From Phycisphaeraceae bacterium (GTDB taxonomy: Bacteria; Planctomycetota; Phycisphaerae; Phycisphaerales; Phycisphaeraceae), in NCBI GenBank assembly GCA_963674705.1, contig OY771506.1:3008001-3072000 (forward strand): 64,000 bases of DNA, in the 5' to 3' direction. The notes beneath the pieces were generated by a model. It worked only from the letters and a program-made list of their open reading frames with translations, made no database searches and had not been told where the DNA came from. A program made the position numbers and the translations under genes. Shown in pieces: positions 10,001 through 19,582 of the stretch. Position 1 is the first letter of the stretch; each line of letters begins with the position of its first letter.

Positions 10001-10055
10001 CGGACGTATCCGTTTAACAGATCAGGACAAGACCAAGGAACCGGGTTAAACATTC

Positions 10056-10685
10056 ATGGCGGTAAGAGCAAACATCAGCAAGGGGTACATCTGGCGTCCC
10101 GGATTAATCGGACTGGCGGCGCTGATCTTCAGCGGTTGGTTCCTCTATGACGGGATGGTGAAGTACCCGTTGCAGAAGGAGCAGTTTGAAGCGCACCAAA
10201 AGGTCTACCAGGAGCACCCCGACCCGACCGAGGCCGGCCGCATCTGGGAAGAACTGGCACGCGAAAAAGGCTGGCCGACCACCAATCCCACGCAGAAGAC
10301 CGACAAAGACATCTTCACGCAGAAACTGCTTGCGGGCATCTGCGCGCCGATCGGGCTGGGCTTCCTGTTCGTGTTCCTGACCTCGCTGGGCAAGTGGGTG
10401 GAAGCCGACGAGCAAGGCCTAAAAGCCAAGGGCGGCAAGGAAACGGATTACGAATCGATCACCTCGATCGACAAATCCCGCTGGCAGAGCAAGGGCATCG
10501 CGGTCGTCTATTATCAATCCAACGGCAAGTCGGACCAGATCACGCTTGACGACTGGAAGTTCGAACGCGAACCGACCAAACGTATCATGCAGGCGATCGA
10601 AGAACGCACGGGCTTCGGGATGGACGACGCGCCGGCCGATACGGATGATGAAGAAGATGACGGCGAAACACCGCGCGATGTGTGA
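10056..10685 (+). CDS. Hypothetical membrane protein (two TMs plus a soluble C-terminal domain)
   Basis: 209-aa ORF with host-like codon usage and an acidic tail. Confidence 0.75.
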   Translation: MAVRANISKGYIWRPGLIGLAALIFSGWFLYDGMVKYPLQKEQFEAHQKVYQEHPDPTEAGRIWEELAREKGWPTTNPTQKTDKDIFTQKLLAGICAPIGLGFLFVFLTSLGKWVEADEQGLKAKGGKETDYESITSIDKSRWQSKGIAVVYYQSNGKSDQITLDDWKFEREPTKRIMQAIEERTGFGMDDAPADTDDEEDDGETPRDV

Positions 10686-10767
10686 CGCCGGAATAAGGGG
10701 ATCAACAGATTTAATTTGTGGTTTTGTTTGGGGGCGGTTGTTGCGCGCGGGTGTTGTGGATGTTGGT

Positions 10768-10885
10768 GTATAGCCACGACTAGTGGTCGCGCTTTGTCTG
10801 GGGTGAGGGAGCAGGAGTGCTAAGCCGCAAGCGGCTTGGGGGAAGTCAGATCATCCAGAGCGCGACCGATGGTCGGGGCTTTACA
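10768..10885. repeat. Inverted REP-like doublet with a nested second palindrome
   Basis: GTATAGCCACGACTAGTGGTCGCGCT ... AGCGCGACCGATGGTCGGGGCTTTAC enclosing GCTAAGCCGCAAGCGGCT. Relatives at ~21229-21251 and ~4227-4244. Confidence 0.6.
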
Positions 10886-10888
10886 GGG

Positions 10889-11806
10889 TCAGTCTCGGAC
10901 GCCGGAGGTTTTTTGGAAGCTTGGGGCGGATTGGGTGCCGGCGACGGAGGATTGTCGGCCGGGGATGGTTTTGGGTTGGTAGGGTTTGCTTTCGGGCATG
11001 CCTATCTGGCGGTGGACGTACATGGGGGCGTTGACGATAAGCCTGCCGTCGTAGTATCGGGCGGAGGCATAGAGGCCGCCGTTTTCCTGCCAGATATCAG
11101 GCTCGATTGTTTCGCGGATGAGTCTTGCGAGGTTTTCGCCGCGCTCGTTCTTGGTCAGTTCTTTATCTTCGCTGTTGTTTTCGTTGTCGTTGCCGAAGAT
11201 GCCGGTGGACGAACCGCCGCCTCCACCGCCTCCTCCGCCACCGCTGGAACCTGATGAGTTGAGTGCTTCACCGAGGTCCATGCGCGGCGCGTTGGTGAAG
11301 TTGGGGACCTGCATCACCATGTCGGCCACATCGTAGACACGCACGACGGTGTTACGGTTGGCCTGACGTTTGGTCATGACCTGCAAGTACCAGGGCGTGG
11401 ATTCGAAGATGAGTGTTTCGTTCGGTGAGGCCTGCTGCATGAGGATCATGAGCAGGTTTTTTGCGGGGATGGATTTGAGGCTGATCGTGATAAGCTGATC
11501 GGGATTGATGCCGTCCAGTTCCATGCCGTTCCAGTCGATGGCCAGTGGGATATTGGTGTTGCTAGACCACCACTCGAAAACATCGCGAGCAGGCATCGCA
11601 TCGAAAGTCACTTCGTCGAAGATCTTCCGCAGCTTCAGCGGGATCTGCTGGGACTCGGGCTCCTGCGTGGCAGGCTGCTGCTGCGATGCGGGCTGCTGGC
11701 GCTGTTCACGGACGATCTGGATGCGCTCCTGCAGGCTCTGGGCTTGTAGGTCAGAGACGAGGATCGAGGCAGCCAGGCACGCTAGAACGATCGGCAGGCG
11801 CTGCAT
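10889..11806 (-). CDS. Secreted protein with secretin N-domain-like repeat (no secretin barrel)
   Basis: Signal peptide; RVYDVADMV, poly-Gly linker, LIRETIEPDIW...GG and LIVNAP..VHRQI, typical of planctomycete GspD-like proteins. Confidence 0.65.
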   Translation of the reverse strand: MQRLPIVLACLAASILVSDLQAQSLQERIQIVREQRQQPASQQQPATQEPESQQIPLKLRKIFDEVTFDAMPARDVFEWWSSNTNIPLAIDWNGMELDGINPDQLITISLKSIPAKNLLMILMQQASPNETLIFESTPWYLQVMTKRQANRNTVVRVYDVADMVMQVPNFTNAPRMDLGEALNSSGSSGGGGGGGGGGSSTGIFGNDNENNSEDKELTKNERGENLARLIRETIEPDIWQENGGLYASARYYDGRLIVNAPMYVHRQIGMPESKPYQPKTIPGRQSSVAGTQSAPSFQKTSGVRD

Positions 11807-11907
11807 GATGTGTTCCTTTCGGAATGGGATGGCGAGTTTCCCCGGGTGGTTGTTGGTTTATTGTATGGGGTTGGGGGTGGGGGTGGCAAGGAAATTTTTG
11901 GGCGGAA

Positions 11908-12088
11908 CCATTGGCTGTTAGCTCGGATTTTGATTGGACATTGAAGATTGAACACGAAGAAGCCCGGCCCTTCGCTTCGCTCAGAACCGGCGTTGGGGGG
12001 GAGGAAGCCGTTAGCCATTAGCCATTAGCAATACAATTCCCACACCCCACACCCCACACCCCACACCCCACACCCCACACCCTACACC
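11908..12088 (+). repeat. Composite repeat family A, copy 3 with (ACACCCC)n tail
   Basis: Core at ~11963-12001; five perfect ACACCCC units at 12042-12076. Confidence 0.9.
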
Positions 12089-13482
12089 TAAGCCCCATCC
12101 GCATTCTCCCCGGCGGCTAGTTTGTGGAGTCTGGGGAGTATGACTTCTTTTGAGAGGATTTTGATGCAGGCGGCGGTGGGGATGGCGATGAGCATACCGA
12201 GCAGGCCGGCGAGGGCTCCGCCGATCATGACGGCGACGAGGACGGAGACGGGGTCGAGGTCGGTGGCTTTGCCTTGGACGATGGGCTCGACGACCCAGCC
12301 GTCAAGCGACTGAGCGAGGACGTAGACGAAGGTTGGCCAGATGAGGACCCAGATGCTGAAGGTGCCGCCTGCGAAGGAGTCGATGACAGCGAGCAGCAAA
12401 GCGACGACGAAACCGATCACGGCGGCGAAGGGGATGAGGTTCAGTGCGCCGGAGAGGATGCCTAATAGCAGCCAGGACGGGACGCCGGCGAGCCACCAGC
12501 CGACACTGAGGACGAACGCCATGACGGCCGCCTGGATGAGTCTGCCACGGATGAACGCGGCGATGGATTTATCCATCTGAACCATGACGCCGAGTACTTC
12601 ACTGCGGTATTTGGCGGGGATCAGCGGTATGAACCAGGCGATAATTTTGTCGAGCTTCCAACTGAAGAAGAAGAAGCAGAAGGCGATGATGACCGCGGAC
12701 AGGGCGATGTAGCTGGTGAGGCTGATAGCGGAGCCGACGACGCCGACGCCTACGTCGAGTGAAGACAAGACAACGGATGTGGTCTTGCCCCAGTCGAGTG
12801 TAGCGAACCAGTCTGCGGCCTGGGCGAGCAGTTCAGCGGCGCGCTCGGGGCCGAGCGCTTCGTCGATCATAATTCGAAGGTCGTCGATCAGACCTTCCTC
12901 GGTTTTGGTGGTAGCGACTTCGGGTTCATCTGAGTCGATTGCGTTGGCGTCTGCAACTTGGTTGTCGGTGGAAGTTTCTTGATCGGTGGTTGTGTCGGCG
13001 GCCTTGTCGGTTGCGTCTGTGTCGGCTTGAACTGTTTCAGACGAGTTGTCTTTGTTGGATTCGGTGCCCGGAGATTGTGGGAGTGTTGCGTTTTGTCGGG
13101 CGCTTTGTTCCTGGACGATCCGGCTGATTTTCTCGGGATATTGTTTAGCCTGATCGATGAGGCCGATGCCTTGGCTTATCAGTGGCGGCAGGATCAAAAG
13201 TGAAAGGATCAGGACGATCCAGCAGGCGGCGATGAAGACGACGCCGGTGCCGGCCCAGCGTGGCAGCTTCAGGCGGCGGTGCATCCAGGTGACGATCGGG
13301 TTGAAGATGTAGGCCAGGCCCAGGGCGATGACCAGCGGCAGCAGCACGGAACGGATGGCGTAGATCAGGCCCAGCAGCCAGGGGACGGCCAGCGAGGCGA
13401 CGGTGAGCAGGACCAGCGATCCAAGCAGTATCTGGAACCAACGCTCCATCCAGAGAGGTTTTTCCCGGTGTTGTTCGGCCAT
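12088..13482 (-). CDS. AI-2E family transporter (PerM-like) with acidic loop insertion
   Basis: LAYIFNP, FIRGRL, LNLIPF and VEPIVQGKATDLDP....G..AGLLGMLIAIP motifs. Confidence 0.9.
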   Translation of the reverse strand: MAEQHREKPLWMERWFQILLGSLVLLTVASLAVPWLLGLIYAIRSVLLPLVIALGLAYIFNPIVTWMHRRLKLPRWAGTGVVFIAACWIVLILSLLILPPLISQGIGLIDQAKQYPEKISRIVQEQSARQNATLPQSPGTESNKDNSSETVQADTDATDKAADTTTDQETSTDNQVADANAIDSDEPEVATTKTEEGLIDDLRIMIDEALGPERAAELLAQAADWFATLDWGKTTSVVLSSLDVGVGVVGSAISLTSYIALSAVIIAFCFFFFSWKLDKIIAWFIPLIPAKYRSEVLGVMVQMDKSIAAFIRGRLIQAAVMAFVLSVGWWLAGVPSWLLLGILSGALNLIPFAAVIGFVVALLLAVIDSFAGGTFSIWVLIWPTFVYVLAQSLDGWVVEPIVQGKATDLDPVSVLVAVMIGGALAGLLGMLIAIPTAACIKILSKEVILPRLHKLAAGENADGA

Positions 13483-13603
13483 CCTTGACCCTTTCGTGTG
13501 TATGCACGATATCCCGGCCGGCGCGCAAAGCGAGCGGCTATTGGTTTGTCGGTCGGTTGGGGGGTGGGGAGTGAGAAAACGCAGGAAAGCAGGAAATCAG
13601 AAA

Positions 13604-13729
13604 AGCCATTGGCAGTTAGCTAGTCGTATGGGCATTTTCAGATTGAATATCGAAGATTGAACATAAAGATGACGATACCCGGCCCTTCGCTTCGCTCAGA
13701 ACCGGCGTTGGGGGGGAAGAAAGCCATTA
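13604..13729 (+). repeat. Composite repeat family A, copy 4 (tail interrupted by IS630)
   Basis: Core at 13678-13716, then GAAAGCCATTA at the IS junction. Confidence 0.9.
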
Positions 13730-14772
13730 GAGCATCTTCCACGCCACTGTAGCGCCCTTGTACACAAGTGATTATGCTGTGCCTTCAAGCAAGGAGGCTT
13801 TGATGAAGGCATATTCAATGGATCTGCGGAAGCGGGTGTTGGCGGCGTGTGATGCCGGGCACGGCACGCGTGAGGTGGCCAAGCGGTTCTCGGTCAGCGC
13901 CTCGTGGGTGCGTCGGCTCAAGCAACGGCGTCGTGAAGGCGAGGGGATCGCGCCGCGGCCTCAGGGCGGCGACTACGTCAGCCGGTTCGCCGGCAAAGAC
14001 CTGCAGCGTGTACATGCGATGCTCAAGCAGAAGCCGGACACGACGCTGGATGCGTTGCGTGTGCGTTGTGAGCGTGAGCTGGGCATCCGTTGCGGGCTGG
14101 GCACGATGTGGCGGACGGTGCGTTGGAAGCTGGGGTGGACGTTTAAAAAAAGTCATTACGGCCCAGCGAGCAGGACCGCGCGGATGTGAAGCAGCAGCGT
14201 GTGAACTTCCGCATCGCCACACGGTTCATCGAGCCTAAGCAGCTTGTTTTCCTGGATGAATCGGGCGCGAGGACGAACATGACCCGCCTGCGGGGCTGGG
14301 CCGGACGCGGTTGCCGGCTGGACGCCGCGGCGCCGCACAGCCACTGGCGTACGACGACGATGCTCAGCGCGATCGGTTGTGAGGGTGTGATCCAACGGGC
14401 GACGCTGGCCTTCGACGGCGCGACGGATGCGGCGCTGTTCCGCGGCTACGTCGAGCGTTGCCTGGCCCCGGCACTAAAGCAAGGCCAGATCGTCGTGATG
14501 GATAACCTGGCGTCGCATAAGGTGCGCGGGGTGCGTGAAGCGATCGAAGCGGCGGGCTGTGACCTGTGGTACTTACCGCCGTACTCACCGGACTTCAACC
14601 CGATCGAGAAGATGTGGAGCAAGGTCAAAGCCCTGCTGCGTGCCGCCGCCGCGCGGACCAGCGACAAACTGATTGAGGCGATCGGTCGGGCGTTGCGTGC
14701 GGTATCACTGGACGAGTGCCGCAACTACTTCCGCAGCTGCGGGTATGCTACATGAGATTGGAAGACGCTCTA
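13728..14772 (+). mobile_element. IS630-family insertion sequence
   Basis: Terminal IRs TAGAGCATCTTCCA and TGGAAGACGCTCTA, including the duplicated TA; two-ORF transposase. Confidence 0.93.
13803..14755 (+). CDS. IS630 transposase (-1 frameshift at A7G 14145-14152)
   Basis: MKAYSMDLRKRV HTH. The -1 shift gives KKSLRPSEQDRADV. VFLDES, VVMDNL..HK and YLPPYSPDFNPIE motifs. Confidence 0.92.
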
Positions 14773-14871
14773 GCCTTTAGCCATTAGCAATTAGCACAGA
14801 TTTGAGATTGGACATCGAACATTGAATATGAAGATACCCGGACCTTCGCTGCGCTCAGGACCGGCGTTGGG
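14771..14871 (+). repeat. Composite repeat family A, copy 5 (tandem to copy 4)
   Basis: TAGCCTTTAGCCATTAGC..GATTTGAGATTGGACA..CCCGGACCTTCGCTGCGCTCAGGACCGGCGTTGGG. Confidence 0.88.
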
Positions 14872-14927
14872 ATAGATACATTTGCAATTAACGATTAACA
14901 ATTAGCGATTAAAATCGCTACACCCTG

Positions 14928-15338
14928 CTACGCATTTTCGCCCAGGAGCAGGTGGTTGGAGAAGGCTTCGTCGAAGCTGAAGACGTTGATGAAGTCGTCG
15001 AGGGTATCGTCGGGGGTTTTGTGCATGAGGCCGGCGTCGACCATGGCGAAGACGATGCGGCCGAAGTCCTCGCTGCGTGTGATGCGCCAGCGTGCCAGGA
15101 CGCTGCGAGCGAGCAGGCCGTATTCTTTTTTGGCAAAGTCGCGCAGGCCGAAGCAGAGCTGTTGGCCGCTGACGTGTCGCGTGGCGTGATGGGGTTCATC
15201 GAGGTCGGCGGTGACGCGAGCGGGCTCTTCGCCGTGGATGCGTTTGACGGTGAAGTCCAACCCGCGCTGCACGAACAGGAACGCGTCGACGGTGTAGCCG
15301 GCGTTACGCGCGATCTCTTTGATGCTCAGGGTAGACAC
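14928..15338 (-). CDS. Minf_1886 (TIGR04138-like) family protein
   Basis: AFLFVQRGL, RHVSGQQLC.GLR, VLARW.I..SEDFGRIVF.MV and DTLDDF motifs. Confidence 0.8.
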   Translation of the reverse strand: MSTLSIKEIARNAGYTVDAFLFVQRGLDFTVKRIHGEEPARVTADLDEPHHATRHVSGQQLCFGLRDFAKKEYGLLARSVLARWRITRSEDFGRIVFAMVDAGLMHKTPDDTLDDFINVFSFDEAFSNHLLLGENA

Positions 15339-15603
15339 GGCAATTCACTCACATTTCTCTCATCCGGGGGGCACGTCCGGGTGGGGCATCCGGGGCAACA
15401 AGCCTGTGACGGATCCATTATAAGCTTATGCTCGCTACTTCGGTAAGGCCAGCCCGATTTAAGCAGTAAAGTTGCAGAAAAAACCACCTGGATTGCCTAA
15501 TTATTGAGAGTTAATTGCAGAAGTGGGACGGTCCACATGCAATGAAAAACCCGGCAAAGTCGCCGGGCCAATCGGTTCGGTGGTATTGCGCCTGCCGGTT
15601 ATT

Positions 15604-16299
15604 CTAGAAGCCGCCCATCCGCATCTGGTCGAGAGATGGGGGGAAGGGGTAGCGGGCGTAGACGCCGGTGGGCGCCGATTCCCACATCCAGGGGGCGGGG
15701 TAGACGTCGCCGGCGAAGCCTGCTTCGTGCATGGTCCGCAGGACGGTCTCGAAGCTGGGCTCCTTACCGTGCTCATCGACCAAAGCATTGGCTTGGGCGC
15801 CGAGGAAGCTGACGGAGGCGGCGGGGTTTCGCAGGTTAGGCTTGCGGCGGATCATCTCGGTGGCGACGGACATGCCGTGGGCCAGGTCCTTGAGGGTCAG
15901 GTGGTTTTGCTTGGTCGGGCGGAGCAGGCCGAGGACCTCGACGGTGTCCATATCGAACTTGATGACGGTGACGGTTTCGCGGTTGGCGAACATCTTGGTA
16001 TGGCTGGTGATGGTCTCGGGTGACCACTGGCTGGTCTTCACGAGGGACGCCAATTCGCTGATGATGCCGTGGCTGTTGTCGTCGGCGTTGACGGCACAGA
16101 CGAGTGAACGGTATCGGCCGGCGACGACGTCGTCGAGCATGTGCTGGCCCCACATGACGCGGATATGCGGCGAGGAGTCGACCTGCTTGCTGGGCGAGCC
16201 GTCGGGCAGGACGATCAGGCGGTCCTGTATCTGGTGGTCGATCATGAGTTGATCGCCTTCGCCGTCATAGATGCGTGAGGTGTGTGTGCGGGTGTGCAT
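15604..16299 (-). CDS. Hypothetical protein, possibly macro-domain-like fold
   Basis: GGAGGA RBS before ATG 16299; SLVCAVNADDNSHGII segment. Confidence 0.65.
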   Translation of the reverse strand: MHTRTHTSRIYDGEGDQLMIDHQIQDRLIVLPDGSPSKQVDSSPHIRVMWGQHMLDDVVAGRYRSLVCAVNADDNSHGIISELASLVKTSQWSPETITSHTKMFANRETVTVIKFDMDTVEVLGLLRPTKQNHLTLKDLAHGMSVATEMIRRKPNLRNPAASVSFLGAQANALVDEHGKEPSFETVLRTMHEAGFAGDVYPAPWMWESAPTGVYARYPFPPSLDQMRMGGF

Positions 16300-16469
16300 G
16301 GTGTAAATCCTCCATGGGGTAGTCAATCATTCCCTAACAGGATTATACAACCTCTTTAATAGGACGTGGGTCTTGTTCACAGCGGGGGTGGCGATTAGGA
16401 TGCGTCGACCTGTATGGACCGGCAGAAGCCGGGGCGGATGATTAGATGATAAGAGCGAACAGCCTGCCG

Positions 16470-17339
16470 ATGATCGACCCGGCCGTGTTACACCAGCGGC
16501 GGGAACGCGTGTTTCTGGTGATGGCGGGGCTGTTTCTTGGCACGCTGGCGATGCTGAACATCCTGGGGATCAGCCGATTTATCGTGCTGGCGAGTTGGGG
16601 GGAGGTGGACGGGCAGACGGTGTTTCAATGGGGGACGCCGAACTTCCATCCCGATGCGTGGATATTCGCGGTGGCGGTAGGGGTGTTGCCATACCCGATG
16701 ACCTTTTTATGCACGGACCTGATCAGTGAGTTCTACGGGCGCAAGCGTGCGAACTTCGTGGTGCTGGTCGGGCTGCTGTTGAATATCTGGGTGATTTTTA
16801 TTTTGTGGATCGGCGGCGCGATGCCTGGTTTTGTGCCTAATGATGGGCCGGGTGGGTTCCCGGTTCAGCCGGTTTATGATGCGGTCAAGGATGCGTACCC
16901 CGAGACGGGCTGGACGTTCTACCAGATCCGATACCTGGCGTTCGGGGCGGTGACGGCTTCGATGATCGCGTACCTGGCGGCGCAGTTCTGCGATGTCTAT
17001 GTCTTCCACTTCTGGAAACGGCTATGCAACGGCAAGCACCTGTGGCTGCGGAACAACGGCAGCACGATGGTCAGCCAGATGATCGATACGTTTGCGGTGA
17101 TCACGATCACGCATTTTTATGCACACGCGCTGCCGGTCAGCGACGACAAACCGATCTGGCCTCAGTTGTGGTTGTTCATCGCGACCGGGTATGCTTTTAA
17201 GTTCGTGGCGGCATTATTGGATACACCGATCATTTACGCGGCGGTGTATCTGTTAAAGGGATATTTGCAGATTGATCCAACGGCCGAGCACGTGGCGGAT
17301 GAGGAAGAGGTCACGATGTTCTCCAGAAGCAGTACCTGA
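16470..17339 (+). CDS. Queuosine precursor transporter (YhhQ/Vut_1 family)
   Basis: VGVLPYPMTFLCTDLISEFYG, ASMIAYLAAQFCDV and LWLRNNGSTMVSQMIDT motifs. Confidence 0.9.
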   Translation: MIDPAVLHQRRERVFLVMAGLFLGTLAMLNILGISRFIVLASWGEVDGQTVFQWGTPNFHPDAWIFAVAVGVLPYPMTFLCTDLISEFYGRKRANFVVLVGLLLNIWVIFILWIGGAMPGFVPNDGPGGFPVQPVYDAVKDAYPETGWTFYQIRYLAFGAVTASMIAYLAAQFCDVYVFHFWKRLCNGKHLWLRNNGSTMVSQMIDTFAVITITHFYAHALPVSDDKPIWPQLWLFIATGYAFKFVAALLDTPIIYAAVYLLKGYLQIDPTAEHVADEEEVTMFSRSST

Positions 17340-17372
17340 TCCGGCTGCGACTCACAGGGTGGGGATTACACG

Positions 17373-17945
17373 ATGTCAATCAACAAGGTTGATTTGCGGC
17401 GTGAGATGAAAGCGAACCGGGCGAAGATGTCGGCCGACGAGGTCGGCAAGGCGTCGGACACCATCCGCGTGCGCTTGCATGGCCTAAGGCAACTGCGCGA
17501 GGCGGGTGTGGTCTTCAGCTACGTCTCCATGTTCAACGAGCCCGACACGTACAACGTCATCCACGACCTGCTGGATGTGGGCAAACACATCTGCGTTCCA
17601 CGGCTGGACGATCACAACCAGATGCAGGCGCACCGTATCCGTCGGCTGGATGAACTCAGAGAAGGGGACGGCAAACAACTGCACATCCCCGTCCCCGCAG
17701 CCAATGCACCGATCCAGCAGCGCATCGACGTCGCGATCGTGCCGGGATTGGCGTTTACCGAGTCCGGCGAAAGGCTCGGACAGGGCGGCGGGCATTACGA
17801 TAAGTTTCTCGCCGACCACCCGGATGTCATCGCGATCGGTCTGTGCTACAGTTGGCAGATCGTCAAAGCACTACCAACCGAACCGCACGATCAGTTCCTG
17901 GATATGGTGGTCACCGAACGGCAGATCTACACCTGCACTGACTGA
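17373..17945 (+). CDS. 5-formyltetrahydrofolate cyclo-ligase
   Basis: K..LRR, VPGLAF...G.RLGQGGGHYDKFL and P.EPHD motifs. Confidence 0.93.
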   Translation: MSINKVDLRREMKANRAKMSADEVGKASDTIRVRLHGLRQLREAGVVFSYVSMFNEPDTYNVIHDLLDVGKHICVPRLDDHNQMQAHRIRRLDELREGDGKQLHIPVPAANAPIQQRIDVAIVPGLAFTESGERLGQGGGHYDKFLADHPDVIAIGLCYSWQIVKALPTEPHDQFLDMVVTERQIYTCTD

Positions 17946-17971
17946 TCGTCAAACTCGCCCGGGAGGATTCA

Positions 17972-19519
17972 ATGCACCGTCTATTTACCATCGCGCTCGC
18001 GTTTGTGGTTTTACATGTCCTGTTTGTTGCTCCGATTCATGCGGAGGTTGAACTGGAGATCGGCCCGGACACGACGGTGATTGATGGGCCGTTGAACGAG
18101 GATGGGACGATTGACTACCTCAGTTATGTGAATGGGAAGCTTCGAGAAAAAGTGAAGCTGGAGGACAATTTTGCGGTTGTGCTTCTGCAGACCATACATC
18201 CGGAAGATTGGACAAGTGAAAGCGTTCGGCAGCAGTCTCTTGCATGGTTGGGTGTTCAACAAACTGATCCATCCATGTACTTCCGACGTTACCCGACCTT
18301 CATGAGAGCACAGGCTGGCGAAAGTTCAAACCCTTCAGATTTCAACATAACCGATTCGCCTTGGTACGGGGAGGTTCAGAGGACGGCAGAAAACCCGTGG
18401 TCTGAAGAGGATTATCCCGAAGTCAAGCGTTGGCTTGACGAATCAGCAAGCAGCATGGACATGATTGCTCAGGGGCTAGATAGGAACGGCTTCGCGATAC
18501 CATTCTTTGTAGAAGAAGGCAAGGGTGAATCGTTGTGCATGGTTCCGTTAGCCCACTTAGGACACATCAGAGGTCTGGCGAGGGCTTATGCGTCACGTGC
18601 CGAGTTGAAGATTCATGATGGAGATATCGATGGGGCATGGATGGATGTCGTGGTGATACATCGGCTGGCACAAATAACAGAAGAACAGCCTGTTTTCATT
18701 TCACGGCTAGTGGCTTATTCAGTACATCAGTTTGCTATAAAGGTGAGTCAGGACATACTAAACAGTTCAGACGCATCGATTCAACAATTGCGTCGTGGGG
18801 TGAAAGAAACTCAAGCGATGCCGCGGATTTTAGAACTTACTGATGCGGTTGATACTGATTCAAGGCTCATGATGGTCGATCTGCTGCTGCGTTGCCGAAT
18901 CGGGCCGATACCTGACTTGCAGTTGTCGGAGAAAACCTACCAGTTTGTTGGTCATGAACTGTTTGATATCAATTTTGCACTGCGGGAATTAAACCGTCTT
19001 GCGGACCTGCAGGTTGAGATGTTTTCAATTGAATCTCCCAAAGATCGTCTAAATGCGTTGGAGCAGTTTGAACAGGAAGTCGGACAACGGTGTGATCAGG
19101 CCGAGTTAATGTTCAAGGGGAATCCCGAGGCGATAAAGGCGATGCGAGGATTGATTGAAGAAAGCAATATTTATACTGCTGGAGGATTGTACTTATTCAT
19201 TCATGATGTTTTCCCCAGACCCGCAATGTGTGAACAGGCGAAGCAGAGCATCCAGATGGCTCTAGAGCTGGAGGTTGTGGCATTTGCGATAGCTGCATAT
19301 CACGCCGATCGAGGTAAATTCCCGCCAGATTTAAATGCACTGTCCCTGGCGTATTTGCTGAATTTACCCGTGGATTTTGCGACCGGTGAGTTGCCGGTGT
19401 ATCGCGTGGAGGACGGGGTGGCGGTGGTGTATAGCTTCGGGGCCGATCTTGATGATGACGGTGGGGTCGAGGGGAATAGCGAGGATGGGGATATTGTAAT
19501 GCGGATTTCCCGGGAATGA
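17972..19519 (+). CDS. Secreted helical protein with GspG-C-terminal-like tail (paralog 1)
   Basis: Signal peptide; IGPDTTVIDGPL..DGTIDY; C-terminal AAYH...G.FP.DL..L...YL..LP.DF.TG...VYSFG.D.DDDGG. Confidence 0.8.
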   Translation: MHRLFTIALAFVVLHVLFVAPIHAEVELEIGPDTTVIDGPLNEDGTIDYLSYVNGKLREKVKLEDNFAVVLLQTIHPEDWTSESVRQQSLAWLGVQQTDPSMYFRRYPTFMRAQAGESSNPSDFNITDSPWYGEVQRTAENPWSEEDYPEVKRWLDESASSMDMIAQGLDRNGFAIPFFVEEGKGESLCMVPLAHLGHIRGLARAYASRAELKIHDGDIDGAWMDVVVIHRLAQITEEQPVFISRLVAYSVHQFAIKVSQDILNSSDASIQQLRRGVKETQAMPRILELTDAVDTDSRLMMVDLLLRCRIGPIPDLQLSEKTYQFVGHELFDINFALRELNRLADLQVEMFSIESPKDRLNALEQFEQEVGQRCDQAELMFKGNPEAIKAMRGLIEESNIYTAGGLYLFIHDVFPRPAMCEQAKQSIQMALELEVVAFAIAAYHADRGKFPPDLNALSLAYLLNLPVDFATGELPVYRVEDGVAVVYSFGADLDDDGGVEGNSEDGDIVMRISRE

Positions 19520-19582
19520 GGTCGGGTAGATGATATCCTGTATCTTGTGGAGTGCCCGAACCACTTTTCCTGGGAGGTAGCT

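Noticed and set aside
1531..12018. Two small ORFs starting MANGFLPP (1531-1722 and 11782-12018) as a peptide family
   Set aside because: The similarity comes from translating repeat family A; no RBS, and the frames diverge immediately.
16300..17372. preQ1 riboswitch before the queuosine transporter, or 6S RNA before the cyclo-ligase
   Set aside because: No preQ1 consensus is visible, and the gap before the cyclo-ligase is only 33 bp.
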